A stretch of DNA of 63,808 nucleotides, counting the filler. It is 6 parts of 6 records of this genome, joined end to end, with 100 filler letters (N's around TTAATTAATTAA, not from the genome) between each part and the next. Parts side by side here need not be neighbours in the genome. Positions count along the whole stretch, not along the records: positions 40,760 to 49,833 come from SRR31156797_20664; positions 49,934 to 58,583 come from SRR31156797_20686; 4 more parts are not named here. One strand, written 5' to 3'. Numbering within the stretch: the first letter of the stretch is position 1; the number at the start of each line of letters is the position of its first letter. Under the pieces are notes generated by a model. That model searched no databases. It was given only the letters and a program-made list of their open reading frames with translations, and had not been told where the DNA came from. The position numbers and the translations under genes were made by a program. This document shows positions 48,903-58,683 of the stretch, one piece after another.

Positions 48903-49805
48903 ATGAATATTTTACTTTACTGTGTTATGTGTTTGATTTATGGTTCAACTTTTTTAGCTATCAAAGTAGGTTTGAATTCAGGTTTTGAGCCGTTTTTCTT
49001 TGGATTTTTGCGGTTTTTTGCAGCAGGGATAGTGCTAATTATTGTTTTAATGTTAAAGAGAGAAAAACTTATTTACTCTTTCAGAGAGTATGTCAGAATG
49101 GCAACAGTAGGCTTATTTATGACAACTGTATGTTTTGGAGCTATGAATTTCGCCGAACAGGTTATTTCATCAGGTTTAGCAGCTCTAATGATCGCAACAA
49201 CACCATTTATGATTATTCTAATTAATTACTTTAGCAAAGGAGAAAAAGTAAATAAAGAAAAAGCTATTGGTTTTGTTATAGCTCTATTGGGTTTAAGTTT
49301 AAGTCTTAGAACAGCAGTAACTGATAATTTTTCACTGTTATGGCTAATCAACGTAGCTGTTATGTTTATTGGAATCTTTGGATTTGCATATGGTAGCATT
49401 GTTGCAAAAAGTGTAATTGATGAGGGAATTAAGCCCTTAGCAGTTAATGCTTACCAAATGTTATTTGGAAGTATAGTTTTATTGATTCTGGCATTTATTT
49501 CAGGAGAAAAGTTTGTGATGATAAAATCAACAAGTGGAATATCAGCTCTAATGTATTTGATAATTGGTGGTTCTGTTATTGCTAATAGTATATATCAGTA
49601 TCTTATGAAAAAGTTAAATAACTTTTTCCCGTCAACCTGGACATATATATCACCAATAATTAGCTTAGTAGTTGGATATTTTATATTAGGTGAGTCATTG
49701 AGCCTTAGTAAATTTATGGGAGGGATAATTGTAATATTAGGAGTTATAATTAGCAGGTTAAATATATTTGATAAGAAAGAAAAAATTGGAGTTAAAGCAA
49801 AATAA
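48903..49805 (+). CDS. EamA/DMT-family transporter
   Basis: YGSTFLAIK, ISSGLAA and Y.SPI.S...G...LGE motifs; about 10 TMs. Confidence 0.92.
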   Translation: MNILLYCVMCLIYGSTFLAIKVGLNSGFEPFFFGFLRFFAAGIVLIIVLMLKREKLIYSFREYVRMATVGLFMTTVCFGAMNFAEQVISSGLAALMIATTPFMIILINYFSKGEKVNKEKAIGFVIALLGLSLSLRTAVTDNFSLLWLINVAVMFIGIFGFAYGSIVAKSVIDEGIKPLAVNAYQMLFGSIVLLILAFISGEKFVMIKSTSGISALMYLIIGGSVIANSIYQYLMKKLNNFFPSTWTYISPIISLVVGYFILGESLSLSKFMGGIIVILGVIISRLNIFDKKEKIGVKAK

Positions 49806-49808
49806 AGA

Positions 49809-49833
49809 GTAGGGGCAATTCATGAATTGCCCC
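49809..49833 (+). repeat. GTAG-type REP element at contig end
   Basis: GTA-GGGGCAATTCA-TGAATTGCCCC, a perfect 22-bp palindrome just after the stop codon. Confidence 0.8.
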
Positions 49834-49933
49834 NNNNNNNNNNNNNNNNNNNNNNNNNNNNNNNNNNNNNNNNNNNNTTAATTAATTAANNNNNNNNNNN
49901 NNNNNNNNNNNNNNNNNNNNNNNNNNNNNNNNN
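49834..49933. other. Artificial contig linker 4
   Basis: Same 100-bp linker. Confidence 0.99.
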
Positions 49934-50756
49934 ATTTATAACCGGTTTCAAACATGGCCAGTTTTTTTTCTGCCGAAGGTAAACCTCTGGCCTCAAGAAT
50001 TTTTTGAGATTTTTTTACCCACGGAACATGGGCATAAGAAAAGGTGACCAAACGATCTGGAGCGATTTCAATAGCTTTCTGAATGGTTTCCGCAAAGGTA
50101 CTTTCATCCTGGAAAGGAAGTCCGTAAATAAAATCCAGGTTTACACTTGTTCCTTCGTAGCTTCTGATAGTTTCTACCAATTCTTCAACCGGGATTATAG
50201 AAGCATCGCGATTAACATTATCCAGCACTTTTTGATCAAAGTCTTGAATACCAAGACTAAAGCGATTAAATTTCAAATGCGTCAGCTTTTTAATATATGC
50301 TTCATTTAACATGGCCGGATGGCACTCCATAGCTATTTCTGGTTGGGCAATAAAGTTGAAATTCTGGTGAATAAGCTGCATAATTTCTTCCACCATTTCA
50401 GCCGGAAGCGAGTTAGGAGTTCCGCCTCCCCAATGTACCTGTGAAACATTCCGGTTCAGATCAAGGTGTTGTCTTACCATCAATATTTCTTTCTTTAACG
50501 CATCAACATAAGTGCGCATTTTGTTGGTATCGCGCGTTAGGTGGGTGTTGCAGCCACAATAATGGCATATTTTAGGACAAAATGGAATATGAATATAAAT
50601 TGAAATGTTTTGTGTTGCTTCCTCATTGGAATGTTTCAACCAATTTAAATAGTCTTCAGTGCTGAATTCAGATGAAAAAAAGTTGGCTGGTGGATAGCTG
50701 GTATATCGCGGAACCGGAATGTTGTATTTTTCTATTAACTGAATTGGTATTTTCAT
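49934..50756 (-). CDS. hemN: Oxygen-independent coproporphyrinogen III oxidase (3' partial)
   Basis: PRYTSYP, YIHIPFCPKICHYCGC radical-SAM motif, HWGGGTP and YAHVPW. Confidence 0.93.
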
Positions 50757-50837
50757 CCGTTTAAATTGTTTATTTTATTATGGTAACAGATGGAACTCCC
50801 GATGAGTTTTATCCATTCTGGAAAATTCAAGGTTATT

Positions 50838-52055
50838 TCATTCGTCTTCAAATCTGGTATAAAAATCTTTATTAAAAATGAACGGCAATAACATCAAAAT
50901 TAAAATACCCAATCCAATTTCAATAGCAAATAAGCCACGATAAGTAAGCATATCTGCTAATTTTCCGCTCATTATAGCAATAACCAGACTGCTGAGATGG
51001 GTGATCACAATTTGAATGGTAAAATCCGTTCCTTCACGGCCTTTACGAACTACTTGCATGCTCATGGTATAAACAAATACCGACGACATGGCATAAGCAC
51101 CCCACAACAAAGCTACCCCAATGTAAACCAGATAAGTGGCATTTGAAGTAAAAGTTAATCCGAAAAAATAAGTTGCAGCCAAAAGATTTACCACCGGAAA
51201 TAACCAAATCGATTTAATTATTCCTTTTTTGCGGATGAAAAATCCGGCAGGTATTGTCAAAACTACACCGCAGGCAGTACCAAAGATTCCTGAGATTATC
51301 CCAATTTCTTTGATGTCGTAACCCAGGTCGACAAAATATGGTTTAACCATGGTTAAAATGCCGATAATGCCCGAATAAAACAGGAACAATAAAAGGATAT
51401 GGCGACCAATTTTCTTTTGCCTGAAAAAGTAAATAAACTCAAGTGGCGATACATTTTTGGATGATCGTTCGAGTTCTTTTCCATTTCGGGTGTTGTACAA
51501 CGATACCGGAATTAACGCGAATAATACAAACAGTCCTAAACAACGAAGAAGCCAAAGCCATCCCCAGTAATGATAAATGATTAATAGTACACCGCTGCCC
51601 ATCATTGTTCCAATAAAACTACCTGCACTTTGCATGCTGTTCCCCAGGCTTCGCTCTTTTTTTTCGAGAATAAGAATAGCAAAGGCATCGGTGGCAATAT
51701 CCTGGGTGGCTGAGGCCGTAAAGGCAATTACCATTAAAGCAATTATTGTAGAGAAATCGGTTTGCAGATTCAAGTAGCCAATGCTCATAATAATCAGGGC
51801 ATAAAAAATCTCCGATGAGATAATCCAGCGTCGGTATTGCCTTTTGTTTTTACTTGTGCGGTCAACCATTGGTGCCCAAAAAAGCTTTAATATCCATGGC
51901 AGTTTTATTAGCTGAATATATCCGATTGATTCCAGCGAATAGTTTTCCATTCGCATTATAACCGGAATTACGGTTGAGAAAAAACTCATCGGAATGGACT
52001 GGGCCAGGTAAAGACTCAGCAGGGTGTAGTACTTTTTTATTTCGCTTTGTTGCAT
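50838..52055 (-). CDS. RhtX/FptX/AmpG-like MFS permease
   Basis: LYLAQSIP, LPWILKLFWAPMVD, SATQDIATDA and GTDFT.Q motifs. Confidence 0.85.
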   Translation of the reverse strand: MQQSEIKKYYTLLSLYLAQSIPMSFFSTVIPVIMRMENYSLESIGYIQLIKLPWILKLFWAPMVDRTSKNKRQYRRWIISSEIFYALIIMSIGYLNLQTDFSTIIALMVIAFTASATQDIATDAFAILILEKKERSLGNSMQSAGSFIGTMMGSGVLLIIYHYWGWLWLLRCLGLFVLFALIPVSLYNTRNGKELERSSKNVSPLEFIYFFRQKKIGRHILLLFLFYSGIIGILTMVKPYFVDLGYDIKEIGIISGIFGTACGVVLTIPAGFFIRKKGIIKSIWLFPVVNLLAATYFFGLTFTSNATYLVYIGVALLWGAYAMSSVFVYTMSMQVVRKGREGTDFTIQIVITHLSSLVIAIMSGKLADMLTYRGLFAIEIGLGILILMLLPFIFNKDFYTRFEDE

Positions 52056-52073
52056 AGGTTAAAACCAATAATA

Positions 52074-52098
52074 GGAAGCCCGAAATAATCGAGCTTCC
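52074..52098 (-). terminator. Intergenic hairpin between TonB receptor and MFS genes
   Basis: Minus strand GGAAGCTCGA-TTATT-TCGGGCTTCC. Confidence 0.55.
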
Positions 52099-52113
52099 CG
52101 TATATATTATTTA

Positions 52114-54216
52114 TTAAAAAGTGACTTTCAGATTTGCTCCAATACTCGCAGGTTTACCCAATTGTACGTAAGCATTTTGTAGCGAAGATATCTCGAAATA
52201 ATACGAGTTGTATGAAGTATCGAAAATATTTTTACCCCAAATATCGAGCTGTATTTTACCTGCAATAAACGAAAGTTTTGCATCTACTAATCCATAATAA
52301 TCTTGTGATACAGTGTTGCTTAAATCCCAGTAATGTTTCCCTACACCACGGTAGTTCAGGTTTGCAACCATTTTATCAACGAAACTATTTTCGAAATCAA
52401 AAATCTTATTCAAACCAAGGTTTACAGTCGAACGCGGAACATATGGAATCGAATTATCGTTGTAGTTGGTTTCTTCATCAACTACATATTCTTTAAAGGT
52501 AGCATGTGTATAACCATAACCAAATGTTGTTTCAAAATTGCGGAAAGGGCGTGCTTTAATAAATAATTCGGCTCCTTTGCTTACCGATTCTCCCGCATTG
52601 GTTTTCATATTTCCACGTCCGGTTGGAACCGGTACATCAATTTGCTGATCCTGCCAGTCGATGTAAAATAAAGCAGCATCAAAATACAAACGATTATTCA
52701 ACAGGGTTGATTTTAAACCCACTTCATAGTTCCAGCTTTGTTCGGCATCGTATGATCGATATTCAGAAATATCGATGGAAGAATTGGTATTAAAACCACC
52801 GGACTTATATCCTTTGGTTACTGCCGCATAGGTGTTTAGCGCCTTATTTATTTTGTACTTTAACGCCACTTTGGGCAATACTTCGGTAAAAGTTTCGCTG
52901 TAGTTTTCTTCAACGGTAGTTGTCATTGGAGCTTCGCCAACTGCCATTGCCAACGAATAATCCAACTTATCTTTTTCAACATCAAGCCTTATTCCGGCTG
53001 TTAAGGTTAGGTTTTTAATCAGGAAATCGGTAAGTGTTGATTGATGAAACAGTGCAAAACCTGAAATATCAAATTTACTGCGAATATCTTGTTGTAAGCT
53101 TGCCGTAAATATGTCTCCGGTGGTGTGCTGATCCATGTTTTGATAAAAAGCGTAGCCACCGAACAACCAGTTGTATTTCGAATCGGTAAGCGATTTAAAA
53201 ACCAATTCTTGCGAAAGCATATTTTGTTTGTCGCCGGTATTAAAGAGATAAATTGAAGCAGCTGTATAATCCTGGTCGGCAACCATTAAACCATCGTAGT
53301 TAGTGTAGCTTGTTGTCGAAAGGATTTCAAAAGCCTCGTTTTGGTATTTTACAACTAAACCATTCGAAAACAGGTCCCTTTCATATCCGTTTTCTTCGTT
53401 GATGCTAATTTCTTCAGCAGAATTCGATTCTTCGTTGTATATCGCATAAGGAAATCCGTATTGCTCACTTTTTTCATACGAAGCAATGTTCTCAAGCGTA
53501 AGTTTGTCCGAAACTTTCCATACCAATCGGGCACGGCCACTGGCAGAGTACTGATCATCTGCAGGTTCGTTGTTAAACGAGTTGGTAAAATACCCCCCGT
53601 GGCTCATGTAATTTCCGCTAAGTGAGAAACCAAATTTTTCGCTGATTTTATTGTAATGGTTTACATTTACATTGTAATAATCATAGTTTCCGGCACTTAA
53701 CGAAATGTTGGTTTCGTCGTAATAAAGAGGCGATTTACTAAATACATTTATAATACCACCCATGGTGTTTCTTCCGTATAATGTTCCTTGCGGACCTCTT
53801 AAAACCTCCACTCGTTCAATATCGAAAAAGTCGAAACCAAAGGTTGTTTTTTCAGCAAAAGGAACGTTGTCGACATATAAACCAACTGATGGACTTCCAA
53901 GTCGTGCACCAATACCACGTATAAAAACCGGCGACTGGAGTTTGGACCCGTAATCGAGCATAAAAAAGTTAGGAACTGTTGACGAAATATCGGATAAAGA
54001 ACGGATTTCGTTGTTTTCGATTAAACGAGCCGAAATAAGAGAAATAGAAGCGGGTACTTCTTTTATTTGTGGTACCTCTTTGGGCGATTTTACGGTTATT
54101 TCATCAATAATGATGTCGTCAATATTGGTAGTATCGGTGATAATCCGAACGTTTTGTGCGTATGTAAATGGAGCAATTATTGCAAAAAGTGCAATTGCAA
54201 AAAGTATTCGTTTCAT
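52114..54216 (-). CDS. TonB-dependent receptor (siderophore/metal-chelate type)
   Basis: Signal peptide; plug motif IERVEVLRGPQGTLYGRN; GYKSGGFN and WNYEVG; C-terminal Phe. Confidence 0.93.
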   Translation of the reverse strand: MKRILFAIALFAIIAPFTYAQNVRIITDTTNIDDIIIDEITVKSPKEVPQIKEVPASISLISARLIENNEIRSLSDISSTVPNFFMLDYGSKLQSPVFIRGIGARLGSPSVGLYVDNVPFAEKTTFGFDFFDIERVEVLRGPQGTLYGRNTMGGIINVFSKSPLYYDETNISLSAGNYDYYNVNVNHYNKISEKFGFSLSGNYMSHGGYFTNSFNNEPADDQYSASGRARLVWKVSDKLTLENIASYEKSEQYGFPYAIYNEESNSAEEISINEENGYERDLFSNGLVVKYQNEAFEILSTTSYTNYDGLMVADQDYTAASIYLFNTGDKQNMLSQELVFKSLTDSKYNWLFGGYAFYQNMDQHTTGDIFTASLQQDIRSKFDISGFALFHQSTLTDFLIKNLTLTAGIRLDVEKDKLDYSLAMAVGEAPMTTTVEENYSETFTEVLPKVALKYKINKALNTYAAVTKGYKSGGFNTNSSIDISEYRSYDAEQSWNYEVGLKSTLLNNRLYFDAALFYIDWQDQQIDVPVPTGRGNMKTNAGESVSKGAELFIKARPFRNFETTFGYGYTHATFKEYVVDEETNYNDNSIPYVPRSTVNLGLNKIFDFENSFVDKMVANLNYRGVGKHYWDLSNTVSQDYYGLVDAKLSFIAGKIQLDIWGKNIFDTSYNSYYFEISSLQNAYVQLGKPASIGANLKVTF

Positions 54217-54287
54217 TTTAAGTTTTTAATGAATAGAAATGAATAAATAACTCCCGTAATTTCGGGAAATATATAAATATTAAAGGA

Positions 54288-54635
54288 TTAGGAAAATTGA
54301 AGGAGGGTAGGGGGTGGCCTTTGAAACAGGGAGTAGTCAGTTTGTTTTTTAATAACATTTTCCCCGGTGCGCGGATGCTTTAACTTTTGCCGTAGCTTAT
54401 ACAGCAAAGGGTAATTATTGTTATTAAGCCCAACAATATGGAAGTTGCCAAAAGTGTTATCAGCAACAAAATTGGTAAGCGAACCATCAATATGCATTTC
54501 AATCGTTGGTGATTGTTCTGCAATCTTAACCTCGCCCTGGTTTGCTTTATTTACTCCGGAAAATAGAAAAAAGGCATAAAACGCAATCATTGCGATATAG
54601 GGTACATGCGTTGTAAAAATGCCTATTGTAAACAT
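54288..54635 (-). CDS. Small leader ORF with N-terminal hydrophobic segment and C-terminal FQRPPP motif
   Basis: 115 aa; preceded by TATCTTTG promoter element (54657-54664); ends 71 bp before the TonB receptor start. Confidence 0.7.
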   Translation of the reverse strand: MFTIGIFTTHVPYIAMIAFYAFFLFSGVNKANQGEVKIAEQSPTIEMHIDGSLTNFVADNTFGNFHIVGLNNNNYPLLYKLRQKLKHPRTGENVIKKQTDYSLFQRPPPTLLQFS

Positions 54636-54656
54636 ACGTTTTCTACATTAACGAAA

Positions 54657-54731
54657 CAAAGATAGAAATATAATTTAGTTGATATCGCTTCTTTAAATGT
54701 TATAGAGAATAACCAGAAAGAACTACATTTG
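54657..54731. promoter_or_regulatory. Divergent Bacteroidota -7 elements
   Basis: TATCTTTG on the minus strand (54657-54664) and TACATTTG on the plus strand (54724-54731). Confidence 0.6.
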
Positions 54732-54785
54732 TTTTTCACATAAGAGTTTATTTTGAAGAAATTTGAAAAATCAGAGGTTAACAAA

Positions 54786-56417
54786 ATGAAGAATGTACTT
54801 TACTGTTTAATTTTAATTGTTATGGTTTCGTGTGTAAAAAAAGAAAAGGTCGACTTAATTGTTACCAATGGAACAATTTATACCATTGATGACAATTTTT
54901 CGAAAACTGAAAGTTTTGCCGTACACCAGGGAAAAATTGTTGCTACAGGAACATTCGATGCTATTCAGAATAAATATGAAGCAGTAGAAACTGTTGATGC
55001 TCAAGGCAACTTCATTTATCCGGGTTTTAACGATGCGCATTGTCATTTTAATGGTTATGGTGTTAACCTGATGCAATATGCAGATTTACGTGGAACAGAA
55101 AGTCCGGAAGAAATTTACGATATACTTAAAAAACATCATGCCCAATTTGGCGGTGAATGGATTTTGGGCAGAAGCTGGGATCAGAACGATTGGGCAGTTA
55201 AAGAGTTTCCAACTAAAACAGAATTGGACAGGTTGTTTCCGGATATTCCGGTTTATTTAATTCGTATTGATGGCCATGCAGCCTGGTGTAACTCAAAGTC
55301 GCTTGAAATAGCCGGTGTTACGGAGAAAACAAAAATACATGGTGGAGATATACTGGTGCAAAATGGTGAACTTACAGGTATATTAATTGACAATGCAGAA
55401 AGTTTGGTGACAAAACATATTCCTGAAATATCGGAACAACAGCAGCGGCTTGGTTTGCTGGAAGCACAGAAGAATTGTTTTGCGGCAGGACTTACCTCTG
55501 TTACAGATTGTGGTGTGAGTAAGAATACTGTATTGCTAATGGATAAAATGCAAAAAGCAGGTGAACTTAAAATGCGTGTAAACGCCATGTTAGATCCGAC
55601 TGAAGAGAATTTTGAGTATTTTGTTCGGAAAGGAACATACAAAACCGAACGTTTAAATATAAACACCATTAAAGTTTATGCCGATGGTGCCTTAGGGTCG
55701 CGTGGGGCATTATTGCTTGAAGAGTATTCTGACGATGCGGGAAACAAAGGACTACAAATTGCCACGCAGGACTATTACGATGAAGTATGTAAGCTGGCTT
55801 ATACAAATAATTATGCGATGGCTACTCATGCCATTGGCGACGGAGCCATTCGTTTAATGCTCGACACCTACGGAAAGTTTTTGAAAGAAAAGAACGACCG
55901 TCGTTGGCGTATTGAACATTCACAGGTTATTCATCCCGATGATTTTGAAAAATTTGCTCAATTCTCCATCGTTCCTTCCATACAGGCAACCCATTGCACC
56001 AGCGATATGACTTGGGCCAAAGACCGGTTGGGTGAGGAAAGAATTAAGGGGGCTTATGCTTATCAGACTTTATTAGGCCAAAACGGATGGCTACCTAATG
56101 GAACCGATTTTCCGGTAGAAAACATTGAACCACTTTTTACTTTTTATTCTTCTGTTTTCAGAATCGATCATAAAGGATGGCCCGAAGGTGGTTGGCAAAT
56201 GGAAGAAGGTTTGTCTCGTGAGCAAACTTTACGTTCGATAACCTGTTGGGCTGCAAAAGCATCTTTTGATGAAAATGAGAAGGGAAAACTAACGCCGGGT
56301 ATGTGGGCAGATTTTGTTATTCTCGACACTGATTTAATGACGGCTACTCCTAAAGAAGTTTTAGCTGCAAAAATTTTAAGTACCTGGAGTGGGGGAGAGA
56401 AAGTCTTTGAACAATAA
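54786..56417 (+). CDS. Amidohydrolase-3 (YtcJ-like) lipoprotein
   Basis: PGFNDAHCH, K.YADGALGSRGA, HAIGD, RIEHSQ and GTDFP motifs; lipobox VSC. Confidence 0.9.
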   Translation: MKNVLYCLILIVMVSCVKKEKVDLIVTNGTIYTIDDNFSKTESFAVHQGKIVATGTFDAIQNKYEAVETVDAQGNFIYPGFNDAHCHFNGYGVNLMQYADLRGTESPEEIYDILKKHHAQFGGEWILGRSWDQNDWAVKEFPTKTELDRLFPDIPVYLIRIDGHAAWCNSKSLEIAGVTEKTKIHGGDILVQNGELTGILIDNAESLVTKHIPEISEQQQRLGLLEAQKNCFAAGLTSVTDCGVSKNTVLLMDKMQKAGELKMRVNAMLDPTEENFEYFVRKGTYKTERLNINTIKVYADGALGSRGALLLEEYSDDAGNKGLQIATQDYYDEVCKLAYTNNYAMATHAIGDGAIRLMLDTYGKFLKEKNDRRWRIEHSQVIHPDDFEKFAQFSIVPSIQATHCTSDMTWAKDRLGEERIKGAYAYQTLLGQNGWLPNGTDFPVENIEPLFTFYSSVFRIDHKGWPEGGWQMEEGLSREQTLRSITCWAAKASFDENEKGKLTPGMWADFVILDTDLMTATPKEVLAAKILSTWSGGEKVFEQ

Positions 56418-56992
56418 AATCAAATTAAAAAATACTCACTTTTCCTGCACCGAGATTTTTATAATTCTGTATAGTTGGTGGTAAATTTATATTTGTTAAA
56501 ACCTAAAGCAAGCAAAATTATTGCTCAGATTGCTTAAAGATCCGTAAGTCAGTGTGTTAAGGTCTTTGTGAAAGTTTCATGAATTTTTATCATCCAGCCA
56601 TAAAATCCAAAATTAATAAACGTTGATACTTATTGTTGTTGACCAGTGGATTTTTACCCCGAATGAAGACTTTGCTTAAAAGCAGATCATCTTTTAAAAT
56701 CTTGATGGGAGAAAAATCCCGGGAATCAACCTCATAATTCTTTTTTAAACCAATTGAACCATTTTGTTGGTGAAATTTATTGTTGGGTGTAGCTTAAAAT
56801 GAAATTTATGATCCGAGGAAGGGGGAGGCCTGAAAAGGAGTAAAAGAAGGGCTGATTTAGTCTGGATTTTAGTTCACAAAATCGGAGTTTATAATTATAC
56901 TTCAAACACACTTAGTAATATATCTATTATAAATGTACAATACTATATATTAATAAAAAAGAAAAATATATATTTGTAATAAAAAGAAGTCA

Positions 56993-58204
56993 ATGATATT
57001 AAAATCAATACTATATAATATTATTCATACGCAGCAAGAACGCTTTTTTAATCAAAAAGAGAATATTTTAAGAGAGTTAATTGAAGACTTTAAGGAAGAA
57101 AAGAGTGAACTAATTATTATTAATGGTATTAAAAGAACCGGAAAAAGTACCTTTCTTTTTCAGCTGTACAAACAAAATTATAGCGATGCTTTTTATATCA
57201 ACTTTGGGCATCCCGGATTGTATGATTTTGATAAGAATGACTTTTTTAAACTGGATGAAATTATTAAAGCAACCGGAAACAAAACTTTGTTTTTTGATGA
57301 AGTAACGGAATTAAATGGTTGGCAACCGTATGTTAAACATAAATTGGAAGAGGGATATAAGATTGTTCTAACAGCTTCAAATGCACAAATTTTTAATGAT
57401 GAATTGGGATTGAATTTAACTGGTAGGTATGTGGTGAAAACACTGCAACCCTTTTCTTTTAGAGAATTTTGCCGGTTTAAGAATCTTGAGGAAAATGAAG
57501 CCTCTCTTGAGAATTACATCAAAACGGGTGGATTTTCTTTTAACCTTACCACTGATACCTCCGATTATTTAAGTCAACTTTTTGACGACATTGTTGTGCG
57601 GGAAATAGGCATACGAGCCGGAGTTCGTGATCTTCGCTCGTTTAAGCGTTTAAGCATGTATTTACTGCAAAATATCGGGGAATTGATAACAGGGAATCAA
57701 CTTAAAAGTCAGCTGGGGATAAAAACCACTACAACGGTAATGGATTACCTGGGATTTCTCGAAGCGGGATTTCTGATGTATTACCTGCCAAAATTCAGTT
57801 ACTCGGTACGAAAACAACAGGTTAACCCGCGAAAAGTTTATGTGGTTGATACTGGGTTTGTTTGTGCCAATACATTCGATGCTTCAGAGAAGATGGATAA
57901 ACTTCTTGAAAATCTGGTGTATTTGAAACTAAAGAAGACTTTTACCGAGTTGTTCTATTATTCCGATACTTTTCTATGTGATTTTATTGGATTTAAAAAG
58001 GGGAAAGCATTAGAAGCAGTTCAGGTGTGTGCCAACCTTGATCAGGATAACCTGGAAGCCGAAATCAATGGACTTTTTGACGCAATGGAATTTTTCGATT
58101 TTTCACGTGGAACACTGGTGACAATGAGCCAATCAGACACTTTTGTAAGGGATGGAAAAACTATTCAGGTTACGCCTTTTTTTAAGTATGATGCATTGGA
58201 GTAA
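56993..58204 (+). CDS. AAA_14/DUF4143-type ATP-binding protein
   Basis: GIKRTGKS Walker A, FFDE Walker B, LTGR, PFSFREF, KVYVVDTG, LENLV and CDF...QV; TATATTTG promoter element at 56969. Confidence 0.88.
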   Translation: MILKSILYNIIHTQQERFFNQKENILRELIEDFKEEKSELIIINGIKRTGKSTFLFQLYKQNYSDAFYINFGHPGLYDFDKNDFFKLDEIIKATGNKTLFFDEVTELNGWQPYVKHKLEEGYKIVLTASNAQIFNDELGLNLTGRYVVKTLQPFSFREFCRFKNLEENEASLENYIKTGGFSFNLTTDTSDYLSQLFDDIVVREIGIRAGVRDLRSFKRLSMYLLQNIGELITGNQLKSQLGIKTTTTVMDYLGFLEAGFLMYYLPKFSYSVRKQQVNPRKVYVVDTGFVCANTFDASEKMDKLLENLVYLKLKKTFTELFYYSDTFLCDFIGFKKGKALEAVQVCANLDQDNLEAEINGLFDAMEFFDFSRGTLVTMSQSDTFVRDGKTIQVTPFFKYDALE

Positions 58205-58353
58205 TGCGTTTTGTTATTTTCAGGTTTAGGGTTTAAAACGCTGCAACCTTTCCTGAAAGATTTCCTCCCGTCGTGATGGCAGTCAGTTTTCACTCCGGCT
58301 AACAGGTACACTTCTTTTAATCTTGAACCTACATACTACCAAGGTCTGATGAT

Positions 58354-58581
58354 TTATTTTTGGTTATCAAAAATATAAGCCAGCTTAATTGAAAAATAAG
58401 GTTTATCGTTAACATGCGTTTTTAAGGAAAAACCTTCTCCGTTTTGAACGGTACGGTATTCATTACTCGAAAAAATATCGTTGTAAACAAGTGTAGCAGT
58501 CCATTTCCCTTCTTTAAAATGTTTTTTTAATGCCAGGTTCGAATAGAAATATCCGTCGCGAGTAGTTTGTGCATTTTTAAA
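58354..58581 (-). CDS. C-terminal fragment of an outer-membrane beta-barrel/TonB-dependent receptor (5' partial, absent from the ORF track)
   Basis: Open frame from the contig edge: ...YSNLALKKHF...WTATLVYNDIF...FSIKLAYIFDNQK*, with an alternating beta-strand pattern. Confidence 0.7.
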   Translation of the reverse strand, partial: FKNAQTTRDGYFYSNLALKKHFKEGKWTATLVYNDIFSSNEYRTVQNGEGFSLKTHVNDKPYFSIKLAYIFDNQK

Positions 58582-58583
58582 AG

Positions 58584-58683
58584 NNNNNNNNNNNNNNNNN
58601 NNNNNNNNNNNNNNNNNNNNNNNNNNNTTAATTAATTAANNNNNNNNNNNNNNNNNNNNNNNNNNNNNNNNNNNNNNNNNNNN
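58584..58683. other. Artificial contig linker 5
   Basis: Same 100-bp linker. Confidence 0.99.

Noticed and set aside
56820-56837. Second LFRPPP reading on the minus strand
   Set aside because: An in-frame TGA lies about 12 codons upstream with no ATG in between, and no co-oriented gene follows; probably chance.
56993-58204. AAA_14/DUF4143 ATPase as a defence system
   Set aside because: It is a solo gene of a very common family with no partner or island context visible.
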